From positions 313,187 to 377,186 of the forward strand of contig JAQGDQ010000166.1 of NCBI GenBank assembly GCA_030141605.1: 64,000 nucleotides of DNA, written 5' to 3'. Position 1 is the stretch's first letter. Every line of letters starts with the position of its first letter. This document shows, one piece after another, positions 52,503 through 64,000 of this stretch. The DNA is from Tubiluchus corallicola (taxonomy: Eukaryota; Animalia; Priapulida). A program made the position numbers and the translations under genes. A model generated the notes under the pieces. The model searched no databases. It had not been told where the DNA came from and worked only from the letters and a program-made list of their open reading frames with translations.

Positions 52503-53154
52503 TTACTTTATTCAAACAACTTTTTTTTACATACTCGTTGTTCTACATACATTCTGACTCGTTTATGTTCATTAGCGTATGAGAAAAATTAATGAAACTT
52601 ATATCTACCGCTATAGAACACGATAAATTTCCATCAAACAGGCTAATCAGCACTTTAAAAAGGCGATGACGCAACGACGCACTAATTAACGTCACCAAGA
52701 AAATTACTTGTGTACTCGTATGAAAGAGTTAACAATAATTATCGTACCCTTCGAGTCGATAATCGCGCGTAGCGAACAGATACGCTGGCAATAATTGTGA
52801 ATTGAATTAAATCGAAATTAGATGAATTATTTATTACGTGTAGGCAATAAAATTTCATATGCTAGCGGGTTTGATGAAATACGACAGGGAAATTGGGAAT
52901 TCCTAGCGGGTTTCGCCCGCCAGGAAGCAGAGTATTACACAAATGCAGTAAGGCAGAGAAATTTGTGCAATAACTGCATCTTATAAACACAAAGTTATTG
53001 CTGAAAATTGAGTTAGTAAACAGATCGTAATGCACAGTGACAGCATAAAATGATGACGAAGACAACATGTTTTATTACTACTGTCCATGCAATACGTTTG
53101 CTATCTTCAAGCACTCTACTTAAAGGAAAGAACAAGTCACTCAGTATGTTGGGT

Positions 53155-53895
53155 TTACTTTACTTTGCTTTGCTTTGCTTTGCTTTGCTTTGCTTTGCTT
53201 TGCTTTGCTTTGCTTTGCTTTGCTTTGCTTTGCTTTGCTTTGCTTTGCTTTGCTTTGCTTTGCTTTGCTTTGCTTTGCTTTGCTTTGCTTTGCTTTGCTT
53301 TGCTTTGCTTTGCTTTACTTTACTTTACTTTACTTTACTTTACTTTACTTTACTTTACTTTACTTTACTTTACTTTACTTTACTTTACTTTACTTTACTT
53401 TACTTTACTTTATTTTGCTTTACTTTAACTTATTTTACCTTACTTTACTTTAATTTACTTTACCTTACTTTACTTTACTTTGCTTTGCTATACTTTACTT
53501 TACTTTACTTTACTTTACTTTACTTTACTTTACTTTACTTTACTTTACTTTACTTTACTTTACTTTACTTTACTTTACTTTACTTTACTTTACTTTACTT
53601 TACTTTACTTTACTTTGCTTTGCTTTACTTTGCTTTGCTTTGCTTTGCTTTGCTTTGCTTTGCTTTGCTTTGCTTTGCTTTGCTTTGCTTTGCTTTGCTT
53701 TGCTTTGCTTTGCTTTGCTTGGCTTGGCTTGGCTTGGCTTGGCTTGGCTTGGCTTGGCTTGGCTTGGCTTGGCTTGGCTTGGCTTGGCTTGACTTGACTT
53801 GACTTGACTTGACTTGACTTGACTTGACTTGACTTGACTTGACTTGACTTGACTTGACTTCACTTCACTTCACTTCACTTCACTTCACTTGGCTT
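53155..53895. repeat. Compound pentanucleotide microsatellite
   Basis: Blocks of CTTTG, CTTTA, CTTTG, CTTGG, CTTGA and CTTCA. Confidence 0.95.
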
Positions 53896-54014
53896 TACTG
53901 TTATCACTTAAACTTAGAAAAATATAACAAAAAATTTGCAAAGAAATGTCTATAAAGCATAAAGTTAAAAAATACTACTTCTGAATAGAAATTTTTGCGC
54001 CATTCACTCGAAAC

Positions 54015-54286
54015 TCATGACGTAACTCGGAGACTTCGTGAATTTTCGTAAGCGCGTCGTGGCTTCCGTGACGGCGCGCTGCTTAAACTAATTCAAACTT
54101 CCGCAGCTTACTTTTTTGTAAAAACTTGTTATACTTTTGATGAAGATTGACAGTGCGCTACTTTTCTTCAAGACGAATGACGTCATTGGGAGAAGAATGG
54201 GAATTGAAAATGGGAGCGCTCAAGCATGAAGTGATCGCGACTTTAAAGAGATTTTACTAATTACACGAGGCGCTTTTTTGCAGTTT
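54015..54286 (+). repeat. ~280-bp segment duplicated at 61691-61980
   Basis: Shared TCATGACGTAACT ... TTTTCTTCAAGACGAATGACGTCATTGG ... ACTAATTACACGAG. Confidence 0.85.
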
Positions 54287-55930
54287 GAATTCCTTGACTT
54301 TGAAAACATATGCACCAAAATCAGTATCCTGTTAGGTAAGATAGCGCTCTAAGCTAACAACAGCAACACAGTCGGCCATCTTGAAAATTGACTGAACCAT
54401 ATTGGACGAACTTGGTTAACTCCATAATCAAAATTAATCACCTTAATGCAAAATGGGCATTTTTTTCACCATTCTGGTAGACTAAATACCCACTCATTTT
54501 GGTCAAATGGCAGCCATCTTTTTGACGTCATAATTAGGCCCTTTGCAGTGCTCAAATTTAAGCCTAATTTGGATAATTGTGTTATTCTCTGCATCAAATG
54601 CTACAAGAAAGCACTAAAAAATGTTTTCCTTCAATTTTGGGGGGTAAGTCAGCAATTTGACCCTACTATTACTTCTGGTTTAGCTTAGCACTTAATTATA
54701 GTGTTCCTGGTAGTAGGTCAGTTGGCTAGTATTTACTACACGGCTAGACAGTGATGAATGATGCTTTCTTTTCACGTACCTTTATCTTGGCAATTTTGTC
54801 ACAGGGCTATAATATTCACGCGGGAGAGCTTAGATTTGAGAATCTTTTTATTAACATGACAATCAGTTGGTTTGGCTTCTGAAAATTGCAGCTTCTATTT
54901 TGTCGCCTTTTTACAGCGCATTAAAATGTACATAATGCGACAACAGATGTCTACAATCAATACCATATCTGCATTGAGTAAGATTTACGGTTCTTGCAAT
55001 AACGAGGCTATTTTTACTCGACTTATTGAAAGATTATCTACGTTTACTTCTGTTGAGAACGAATGATGAATAGAAAACCCGATAGGGAATTTATTTTCCC
55101 TCATTCTGTTATGGTCTGGTTAGTTGTAAATGAGAGAGCAGGAAAGGGAAGCAGGTATTCCGTTCTCGTAGAGTGAAAGGGACGCCTGTTAAAATAAACT
55201 TCTTCGCTCAAATGACATTGAAAATTTCCAGCAAGTATTTATAAAATGGCGTCTGTTACGTGATATTTTGATAAGCAGTTGTGTGATATATAATATATTA
55301 GGTTATAGAAATAATGTAACGGTTTTAACCTCACGTGGTTTCTTGTATATAATGTAGATATTACGTTACTTAAAGGACGAGAAAAGAGGCACCTGAAGTA
55401 GGTTTCAGAAAATCGACTTAAAATATTATATTACTTTACAGAAATTTTATGCATATATCGTACTCGCGTTGATAGGATATTTTGTTTATTTTCATTTTAA
55501 ATTTCCCGCAATGCTATTCAGACGGCGCCATTACATGACGTCATATACGCACAACGTAAATCAGGGAAAGAAAAGGAAATGTTAAACTATGTCACAAAAA
55601 ACTTTCCAGTTATATTACTTAGCTTTCCGCTTACCAGCTGGAAGGACTTAAGTTACTAGAAAAGAAAATTATTAATTATTTAAGATCTCTTCACCAATTG
55701 GTAAAATGTCGCTGACTCACCTCCAGGGTGCACCACTCACTAACCAAAAATGTGTTTTTTATCTTTACAGTAATACAGTAATTTAAAATTTTGCTTAATT
55801 AGTGACGTGTGCGCAAAGAATGCTCTGATTATTTTTCAAAGTTCACACAATGTTATCTGAAGTTATTTCAAATGACTTATCGTCAAAATGGCTGCGTTTA
55901 ACGGTCATCGAGGAAGTTTAATTTACATTT

Positions 55931-56072
55931 CGCCCCCCGTTCCTCCCGGTGGGCCCGATTCGAAAAATAAACCCCCAATGAGACGACACTAGATCGAGAT
56001 CTTTCTTTTGATATATAGATAATGGTGCCCTCGTCCGGGCTGTAGCCTCGAATCTTATATATATATAAATAA

Positions 56073-56121
<49 letters not shown>

Positions 56122-56142
56122 AAGAATATTAATATAACAGAT
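55931..56142 (-). mobile_element. Insertion in family A copy, possibly a Helitron-like 5' fragment with (TA)n
   Basis: Absent from other family A copies; the minus strand begins A|TCTGTTATATTAATATTCTTG then (TA)n. Confidence 0.4.
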
Positions 56143-56201
56143 GCTTTATAAAGCCTTACTGCCGACTTAACTCCAATACGCAAAAAGGTAGTACGTAAGT
56201 G

Positions 56202-56769
<568 letters not shown>

Positions 56770-57634
56770 CATAAGTGGTACGAAATTTCAAGACGAATTT
56801 GTTAAGTCTTATGTAAGTGGAGGGTTTTCTTGTGTTTTAATTCCTTCCTGACGGGTAAAAACAAAAACTTGTTAGCTAAACTTTCCACTCCCCAAATTCA
56901 ATGAAATTTGGAAACGAAACGACTAGCATACAAGTAAATCACAAGACATAATTACATGACTGTTAATTACTCAACTAAATGAAAAAATCTAAGCATTTTA
57001 CTTAAATTTGCTAGAAACAAGATTTAATTCCCTTTCAGAAAATATAAAGTTTTCACTAGTATCTCATGTAATTAAGCCGTTATGTGCTTTTTTGTATGGG
57101 GGATGTCAAAACTACGCAAATGTTCGTCGTCGTAAAATAATTAACCTCCTTTGACTAACCTGCACCTCTATCGTAGTCTTCTCTATACACAACCTAATTT
57201 TATTCCCTGTCTTGTCTTGCCTAACGCTTTCTTGCTATCAATGCTGTGCTTACAAGATGTTCCTTCAACACACATGGAAACAGTTTTATTGTAAGCAATT
57301 AGTTCTTTAGCATACCATTTACGTATAGTTGAAATTTTATGTACATAATTAATCAACAATTCTCTTAACTTCTACATCTCCACTTTTGTTTGAAAATATA
57401 AACTTATCAATATCATGCATGAATGGGAATGCTGGAAAAATATCTGATACTTGATTTAAGAACGCAGCCTTTGTTGACAATAAACACTGAATTACATTGA
57501 AACACGCCCAACTTTCCAAAAGGCTTGACTTTTCCTTTAATATGCGATGAGTAATGCTTGTGAGATTTGAATGCTAACTGATATTTACTCACGATGTCCT
57601 CGTGATGTAATATATATACAAATAACACGATTTT

Positions 57635-58027
<393 letters not shown>

Positions 58028-58029
58028 TA

Positions 58030-58120
58030 ACTTCAGGTAAATAATTAAAATATAAAACGAACAACAGGGGTACTAATATACTACCCTGTGGGATACCCGA
58101 GATTACATGCTTAAGTGCAT
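58030..58120 (-). pseudogene. CR1-type reverse transcriptase fragment
   Basis: VISGIPQGSILVPLLFVLYFNYLP corresponds to the GVPQGSILGPLLF..YINDLP motif. Confidence 0.75.
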
Positions 58121-58589
58121 TTGCGCTTGCTGATTTCTTTCTTGTATGCAATTTTAATATAAGTAGAAATGTCAATAAATAAAATAATTGTTCACATCTT
58201 CTACTGCAAAAACAGACAAATTCACTTTTCCCGCTCTGAGGGAGGGGGCGTTGATATAAAGTGCATCTGTCACGACTTCGTGCAGTGACTAAAGCAGTAC
58301 AGACAGCCACCAAAGTTCGGTATATCACAGCTAATTGATCTCATTTCACGGAGTATTAGCCACTCTAAGCGTCTCATTTCATTTACGTTGTGCTGATGTA
58401 GCGAGTGACTATGGTTATAGCTCATTTCCAGCATAAATGAAACCCTTGCTACATTACCTTGTTACCATTTGGGGGTTGATGACTTCGTCGCTGAACGCCT
58501 AAATTTCATGCTATCTAAAATTTAGGCCTACATAGCAAAACTGGCCAATAAGCTACAGCATTTCCACACGGCGACTGCAAATAAAATCG

Positions 58590-59385
58590 TGGGGAAAAAA
58601 GTCGGCTAGAAAAAAGTCACGAAAAAAGTCACACTTTTGGCTAGAAAAAATTCTCGGGGGGAAAAAAGTCACAATTTTGGCTAGGAAAAAAGTCACAGGA
58701 AAAAAGTCACAATTTAGGCTAGGAAAAAAGTCACCGGAAAAATGTCACAATTTTGGCTAGGAATAAAGTCACAGGAAAAATGTCACAATTTTGGCTAGGA
58801 ATAAATTCACAGGAAAAAAGTCACAATTTAGGCTAGGAATAAAGTCACGGGAGAAAAAGTCACAATGTTGGCTAGGAAAAAAGTCACGGTGGGAAAAAGT
58901 CACAATGTTGGCTAGGAAAAAAGTCACAGGAAAAAAGTCACAATTTAGGCTAGGAAAAAAATCACAATGTTGGCTAGGAAAGAAGTCACGGGGGGAAAAA
59001 GTCACAATGTTGGCTAGGAAAAAAGTCACGGGGGAAAAAGCCACAATGTTGGCTAGGAAAAAAGTCACGGGGGGGAAAAGTCACAATGTTGGCTAGGAAA
59101 AAAAGTCACGGGGGAAAAAGCCACAATGTTGGCTAGGAAAGAAGTCACGGGGGGGGGGGAAGTCACAATGTTGGGTAGGGAAAAAGTCACGGGGGGAAAA
59201 ATCACAATGTTGGCTAGGAAAAAAATCACAATGTTGGCTAGCAAAAAAGTCACGGGGGGAAAAAGTCACAATGTTGGCTATGAAAAAAGTCACGGGGGGG
59301 GGGAGGAGTCACAATGTTGGCTAGGAAAAAAGTCACGGGGGCGGGGAAGTCGCAATGTTGGCTACGAAAAAAGTCACGGAAAATA
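58590..59385 (+). repeat. ~35-38-bp minisatellite
   Basis: Unit AAAAAAGTCACAATGTTGGCTAGGAAAAAAGTCACGGGG; shorter sub-units also present. Confidence 0.95.
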
Positions 59386-59688
59386 AGCTAATTATTTACC
59401 ATCTTAATAGTGGTAAAGGATTAAATTGTTGGTCCAAACTAAGAATTCGCTTTTGCAATGAATGTTTTCGTTATCCACGCCGCAGCGATCACTTAATTAT
59501 TATTATTTTTAATGCGCTCTGCTAATTAAAACCCAACATCAAAGCAAGTGATCACGAGGCGGATTAATGCGAACCGGTTTATTGATTTCCTGCTGAACTC
59601 AAATTACCGTTGAGATTGAAAAAATACGTGAAAAATGAAGTGTTATCAGTTACAAGACAAACACTGGGCTTTGTTATGAAATACAATA

Positions 59689-59815
59689 AACCTTTCGCTG
59701 TACCAGCGATTGATGATGATGGTGAAAAGGTCAGATGTTAAGTGTATCAGACAACGCATTTGTGTACACTTAATAATGCCTAGCAGCCCTTTCTATTGTA
59801 ATAGCAACAGTTCTA
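59689..59815 (+). mobile_element. Family F MITE, left part
   Basis: CCAGCGATTGATGATGATGGTGAAAAGGTCAG..GTTAAGTGTA; runs directly into the 16-bp array. Confidence 0.75.
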
Positions 59816-60410
59816 AACCTACCTAAATCTAAACTTACATAAATCTAAACATATATAAATCTAAACCTACAAAAATCTAAACATATATAAATCTAAACCT
59901 ACAAAAATCTAAACCTACCTGAATCTAAGCCTACATAAATCTAAACATACATGAATCTAAACCTACATAAATCTAAACCTACAAAAATCTAGACCTACAT
60001 AAATCTAAACCTACATGAATCTAAACCTACTTAAATCTAAACCTACATAAATCTAAACCTACAAAAATCTAGACCTACATAAATCTAAACCTACGTGAAT
60101 CTAAACTTACTTAAATCTAAACTACATAAATTTAAACCTACATAAATCTAAACCTACATGAATCTAAACCTACTTAAATCTAAACCTACATGAATCTAAA
60201 CCTACATAAATCCAGACCTACTTAAATCTAGACCTACATAAATCTAAACCTACATGAATCTAAACCTACTTAAATCTAAACATACATAAATCTGAACCTA
60301 CATATATCTAAACCTTTTTAAATCTAAACCTACATATCTCTAAACCTATATAAATCTAAACCTGCATGAATCTATACCTACATAAGTCTAAACCTACATA
60401 TAAACCAAAT
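59812..60410 (+). repeat. 16-bp minisatellite (AAATCTAAACCTACAT)
   Basis: About 37 units. Confidence 0.95.
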
Positions 60411-61690
60411 GTAGCAGTCAACCAGGTTGAATTCACTGGCTGGCTGGCTTACCCATTGCCGACCGACTGGCTGCTTGAATAACTCACTAACTAACTGACA
60501 GATTTACAAATAATTGTAAAATCTTTAATTAGCATGATATGCTCTATAGCAGGAATTAGTATTTGCTTTGCCTCAAATGAAAGTGAATTGATTTAGCAAA
60601 GCTGTGACAAAATCAATCAAACTCGGCAAAAGCACGTGCTATAGAATGAGCGTGATCGATGTCGCTTATTGGTGCTATTATATCAGTTTTCTGTTTCCCA
60701 TTACTGAATACAATTGGCATACGAGGCCACAACGCCTGACTAAGTGAAAAGTGCTATTTACTTTCGTACAGGCTGTCAACCAAGCAGTCACTCATTCAGT
60801 CAACTAGACAGTGAACTACGCAATCAACCAATGTGTTAACAGTCAAACAGTCAGACAAGCAGGCAGACAACCACTCAGTCAACAGTCAGTCAAACCGTTA
60901 GTCAAGCAGGCTGTCAAACAAGCAGTCATTCAGCCAACTGTCAGTCAACCATGACCCAGTCGGTCGATCAATCAGTAGGTAGGTCTTTAGTCAGTAAGTC
61001 AGTCAAGTAGTTAGTTAGTCAGTCAGTCTCTCTTGGTCGATTGGTCAGTCAGTCAATTAGGCAAACATTCAGTCTGTCCGAAATTTCGTGGCACTTTTAT
61101 TAATTTTTAATTTTGTGATGTTTAGAGTTGTAATTGAAAATGATTTTGTCGCAGATACACCGGAAAATCTCCGAAAGTCCTAATCGAAGCTGCAAAAACC
61201 GTAAATCTGATTAGCTTTTGTTACAATAACTACTTTTTGTTTTTCTAATGTAAACAAAACTAAGATGACAGATTAAGATGTCAAGATGTAACTGTTACAA
61301 CATGAGAATGCATAAGCATGATGACAAGTTACGAAAGATTAGTGTAACGCTATGGGGTCGATACGATTTTAGATCATTCCTGTAAATAAAAGTTGACTTT
61401 TACTTTAATCACTGCATTACTCTAATGTTATTTTAACGTCATATACACCCTTACACATGATGAGTATTTTGCAAGCATTGTCTTCCAAGAACAGATTTTA
61501 TACTTATGTATAAAAAGTACAAGTAAAAGCGCAGGCAATCAGTCAGTGAGTCAGCCAGTTAGCGAGTCAATCAATCAGTCAGTCAGTCAGTTAGTTAATT
61601 AGTCAGCCAGTCAGTTAGTTTGTCAGTCAGCCAGTCAGTCAGTCTGTCAGTCAGTCAATCAGTTAGTCAGTTTCTCAGCCTGCCAGAAAA

Positions 61691-61980
61691 TCATGACGTA
61701 ACTGCCAGACTTCGTGATTTTTCGTGACTTTCGTGATTTTCTGTGAGCGTGTGCTGCTTTAACTAATTCAAACATCTCCACCTTACCTAATGTTCACAGA
61801 AATTGCTATAAAATCACCTATCTAATGCTTTTGTAAAAATTTATTACACTTTTGATGAAGATTGACACTGCACCATTTTTCTTCAAGACGAATGACGTCA
61901 TTGGTGGGAGCGTTCAAACATGAAGTGATCTCGACTTTAAAGTGGGTTTACTAATTACACGAGACGCTTATTGCAGTTTT
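61691..61980 (+). repeat. Second copy of 54015-54286
   Basis: Direct homology with small indels. Confidence 0.85.
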
Positions 61981-62659
61981 ATTACTAAATCCTTCTAACA
62001 TTTTTGTGAACATTGAAGTAAAAAAACTGTTACTTATAATCTGAACGCCATTTCAGACAAATTCTTGCGACGTCGACTTCGTACCTGAGATATTCCAGTC
62101 TATAAGTCATTTTAAATTTACGAAGGACGGGGTTGTAATTATGATTTAGCTTCCAATCTTCCTTATTACCGTCCCGAGTCTCTTTCAACAAGTAATTTGT
62201 GTCGAACAGCATTTTCTATCAATACTAAATCTCGTTACCGTCCTAGTCTCACGGTTAATAATGGCGCTACTACGCAGAGGGGATACCATACTCCTCCGAC
62301 AGTCTATCAAAATTAGTGACAAACAGCGATGCTGCAGGGAAGCAGTAATATTATGACATCGTCGTTTCTGCTTATTTGGTTTGATGCATTCTTGCGTGAC
62401 TTTTTTCCTAGATTAGCGAGGAGAAGACGAACACCCGCGAGCTCGTCGGATTTCGGTGTTCCTTCAAATATTGTTATCGAAGCGACGCGGTTTGCAGAAA
62501 TTTGCTCGCTGCCGTCAAATGGTGTTACATTAAGTTTCCAATTGCGATTAGAGCAAATTTCTTAGTGTAAAAGCATTAAAAACCTCGCGAAAGACTATTC
62601 CATCGAATGACATTTTTAACAAAATCAAAAGCTCTTTCGTTTGTCACTGTTCCTCCCGA

Positions 62660-63415
62660 TTATTTTTTACTAACATGTTTGCTGAGAGACGATCGTTTCG
62701 GCTACTGAAGCCATTATCAAACTAAAAATGAAGCCAAAAATAATAAATAACGCATTAATGATACAAAGGCACAAACTGAAACTACAAAACAACAGATTAG
62801 AACTTAACTTGTCAATAGTTGTTGCAGAGTTGCAAGAAGTTGCAGTGAAATGTGCAAAATTTCCACTTAACACATGAGAGCCAGAAAAGAACACAACAGG
62901 TAAACAATTAATCCAAATCTACATAGTGAAAAACCACAGCAGTAAACATTATAAGTATGTTTACTATTATACAGTCATTATATAATAGCTTGCACCTACG
63001 TAATCCGATGCATTTTGTTTATAAGTGTTTCAGCATTTTAAAGTAATCTTATTTTATTATAACTAACCTAACTTGCAATTCTTGAAATGATTTGTAACTG
63101 ATTTGAAAGGACTGTCACCAGTCAACAAATCTGCTACTAAGAATGAAACAACTTTTACATTTTGCGCATTTTACAAATGAGAACTTCAATAAGGGAAACC
63201 ATCAGCATGTCAATGTGAAAGTGACAAGAGACTAAACCCACCAGGTCCACTACAGACCCTGAAGAACATGGTCAAACAAATTTCAAAACACAGAAACAAA
63301 CTGAATACGACAATGCAGCACTGATGACAGTTGCGTATTAAAAATTGGGCGCTGCTTCATAATGTATAAGTCCTCTGCTATCTTGAGATCTTGAACATTA
63401 CTTGCACTACATAAA
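62660..63415 (-). mobile_element. Penelope-like element remnant: GIY-YIG C-terminus plus 3' pseudo-LTR
   Basis: LCSASNVQDLKIAEDLYIMKQRPIFNTQ matches the PLE GIY-YIG tail L.I.E.L.I....P.LN.Q; hammerhead motif about 560 nt downstream on the same strand. Confidence 0.75.
62685..62723 (-). ncRNA. Minimal type-I hammerhead motif, U3-A8 core variant
   Basis: Minus strand TTGATAA-T-GGCT(tcagt)AGCC-GAAA-CGATCG-TC|TCT. Confidence 0.65.
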
Positions 63416-63590
63416 GTGTGTGCCAGGTGTCTTACGTCAGTCAGACGAAGCCATAATTTTTGTACTAGGATTGAGGAGAATTGCAAACGCCAGCTTGGCT
63501 CTCACCATACTGCACGCGGAGGTGATTGGGATAGCTTCAATTCTGCATTTAGCATTTTATATTGTGCAAAGAATGCCACTATTGCCAAAT
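63410..63590 (+). pseudogene. GIY-YIG endonuclease fragment (PLE type), opposite strand
   Basis: With frameshifts: C..C - YVSQTSHNFCTRIEEN (YVGQT.R.L..R..EH-like) ... SAFSILYCAKN. Confidence 0.6.
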
Positions 63591-63764
63591 TGCCGTGTTT
63601 GTGTCCTTTTTGCCTAGGATTTTAACGTTGTTTGCTTCAAACATATGTGTAACATTTAAATTTATAAGTTTGAATGAGTATTATTGATTACCGTTTATTG
63701 ATTATGGAGAAACAGACTTTGTATTTACTGCGGGTATAAATGACCAGCAAACGTACGGATTCTC

Positions 63765-64000
63765 TTCATCATCATCGTCATCACCATCATCATCATCGTC
63801 ATCATCACCATCGTCATCATCATCATCATCATTATCATCATCATCACCATCATCATTATCATCATCATCACCATCGTCATCATCATCATCATCATCATCA
63901 TCGTCGTCGTCATCAACAACAACATCATCATCATCATCATTATTACGATAAATTCGTATCAGTATCATCAACATCATCGTCATCATCATTATCATCACAA
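63765..64000. repeat. (CAT)n microsatellite
   Basis: Direct reading. Confidence 0.95.

Noticed and set aside
53050-53863. LCFAL/LYFTL/AKQSK ORFs and other homopolymeric ORFs (poly-I, -Y, -D, -M)
   Set aside because: Microsatellite translations.
57413-57600. Possible RT fragment (KPFGKLGVFQ)
   Set aside because: Only a partial GVFQG-like motif; too weak without a search.

Overview
AT-rich eukaryotic DNA, most likely from an invertebrate animal; the species cannot be told from sequence alone. I found no intact protein-coding gene. All long ORFs in the track are read-throughs of micro- or minisatellites, and the few real protein motifs are decayed retroelement or transposase remnants. Much of the window is interspersed repeats: TTAA-flanked Kolobok-like MITEs (about 10 copies of one family), piggyBac, hAT (8-bp TSD) and Tc1/pogo (TA TSD) MITEs, a tRNA-derived SINE (2 copies), fragments of RTE, CR1/L2 and other LINEs, and Penelope-like element (PLE) remnants. 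The most interesting signal is four minimal type-I hammerhead ribozyme motifs in PLE pseudo-LTR context. Three belong to one family (13.5, 39.4 and 45.6 kb), two of them fused to the same Kolobok-like segment. The fourth (62.7 kb) is a U3-A8 core variant lying downstream of a GIY-YIG remnant. Several minisatellites visibly arose inside transposon copies. A CpG-rich promoter/first-exon candidate at 23.5-24.3 kb suggests the rest may be 5' introns of a large gene (inference). All comparisons were made by eye; no database search or folding was run, and boundaries of decayed copies are approximate.
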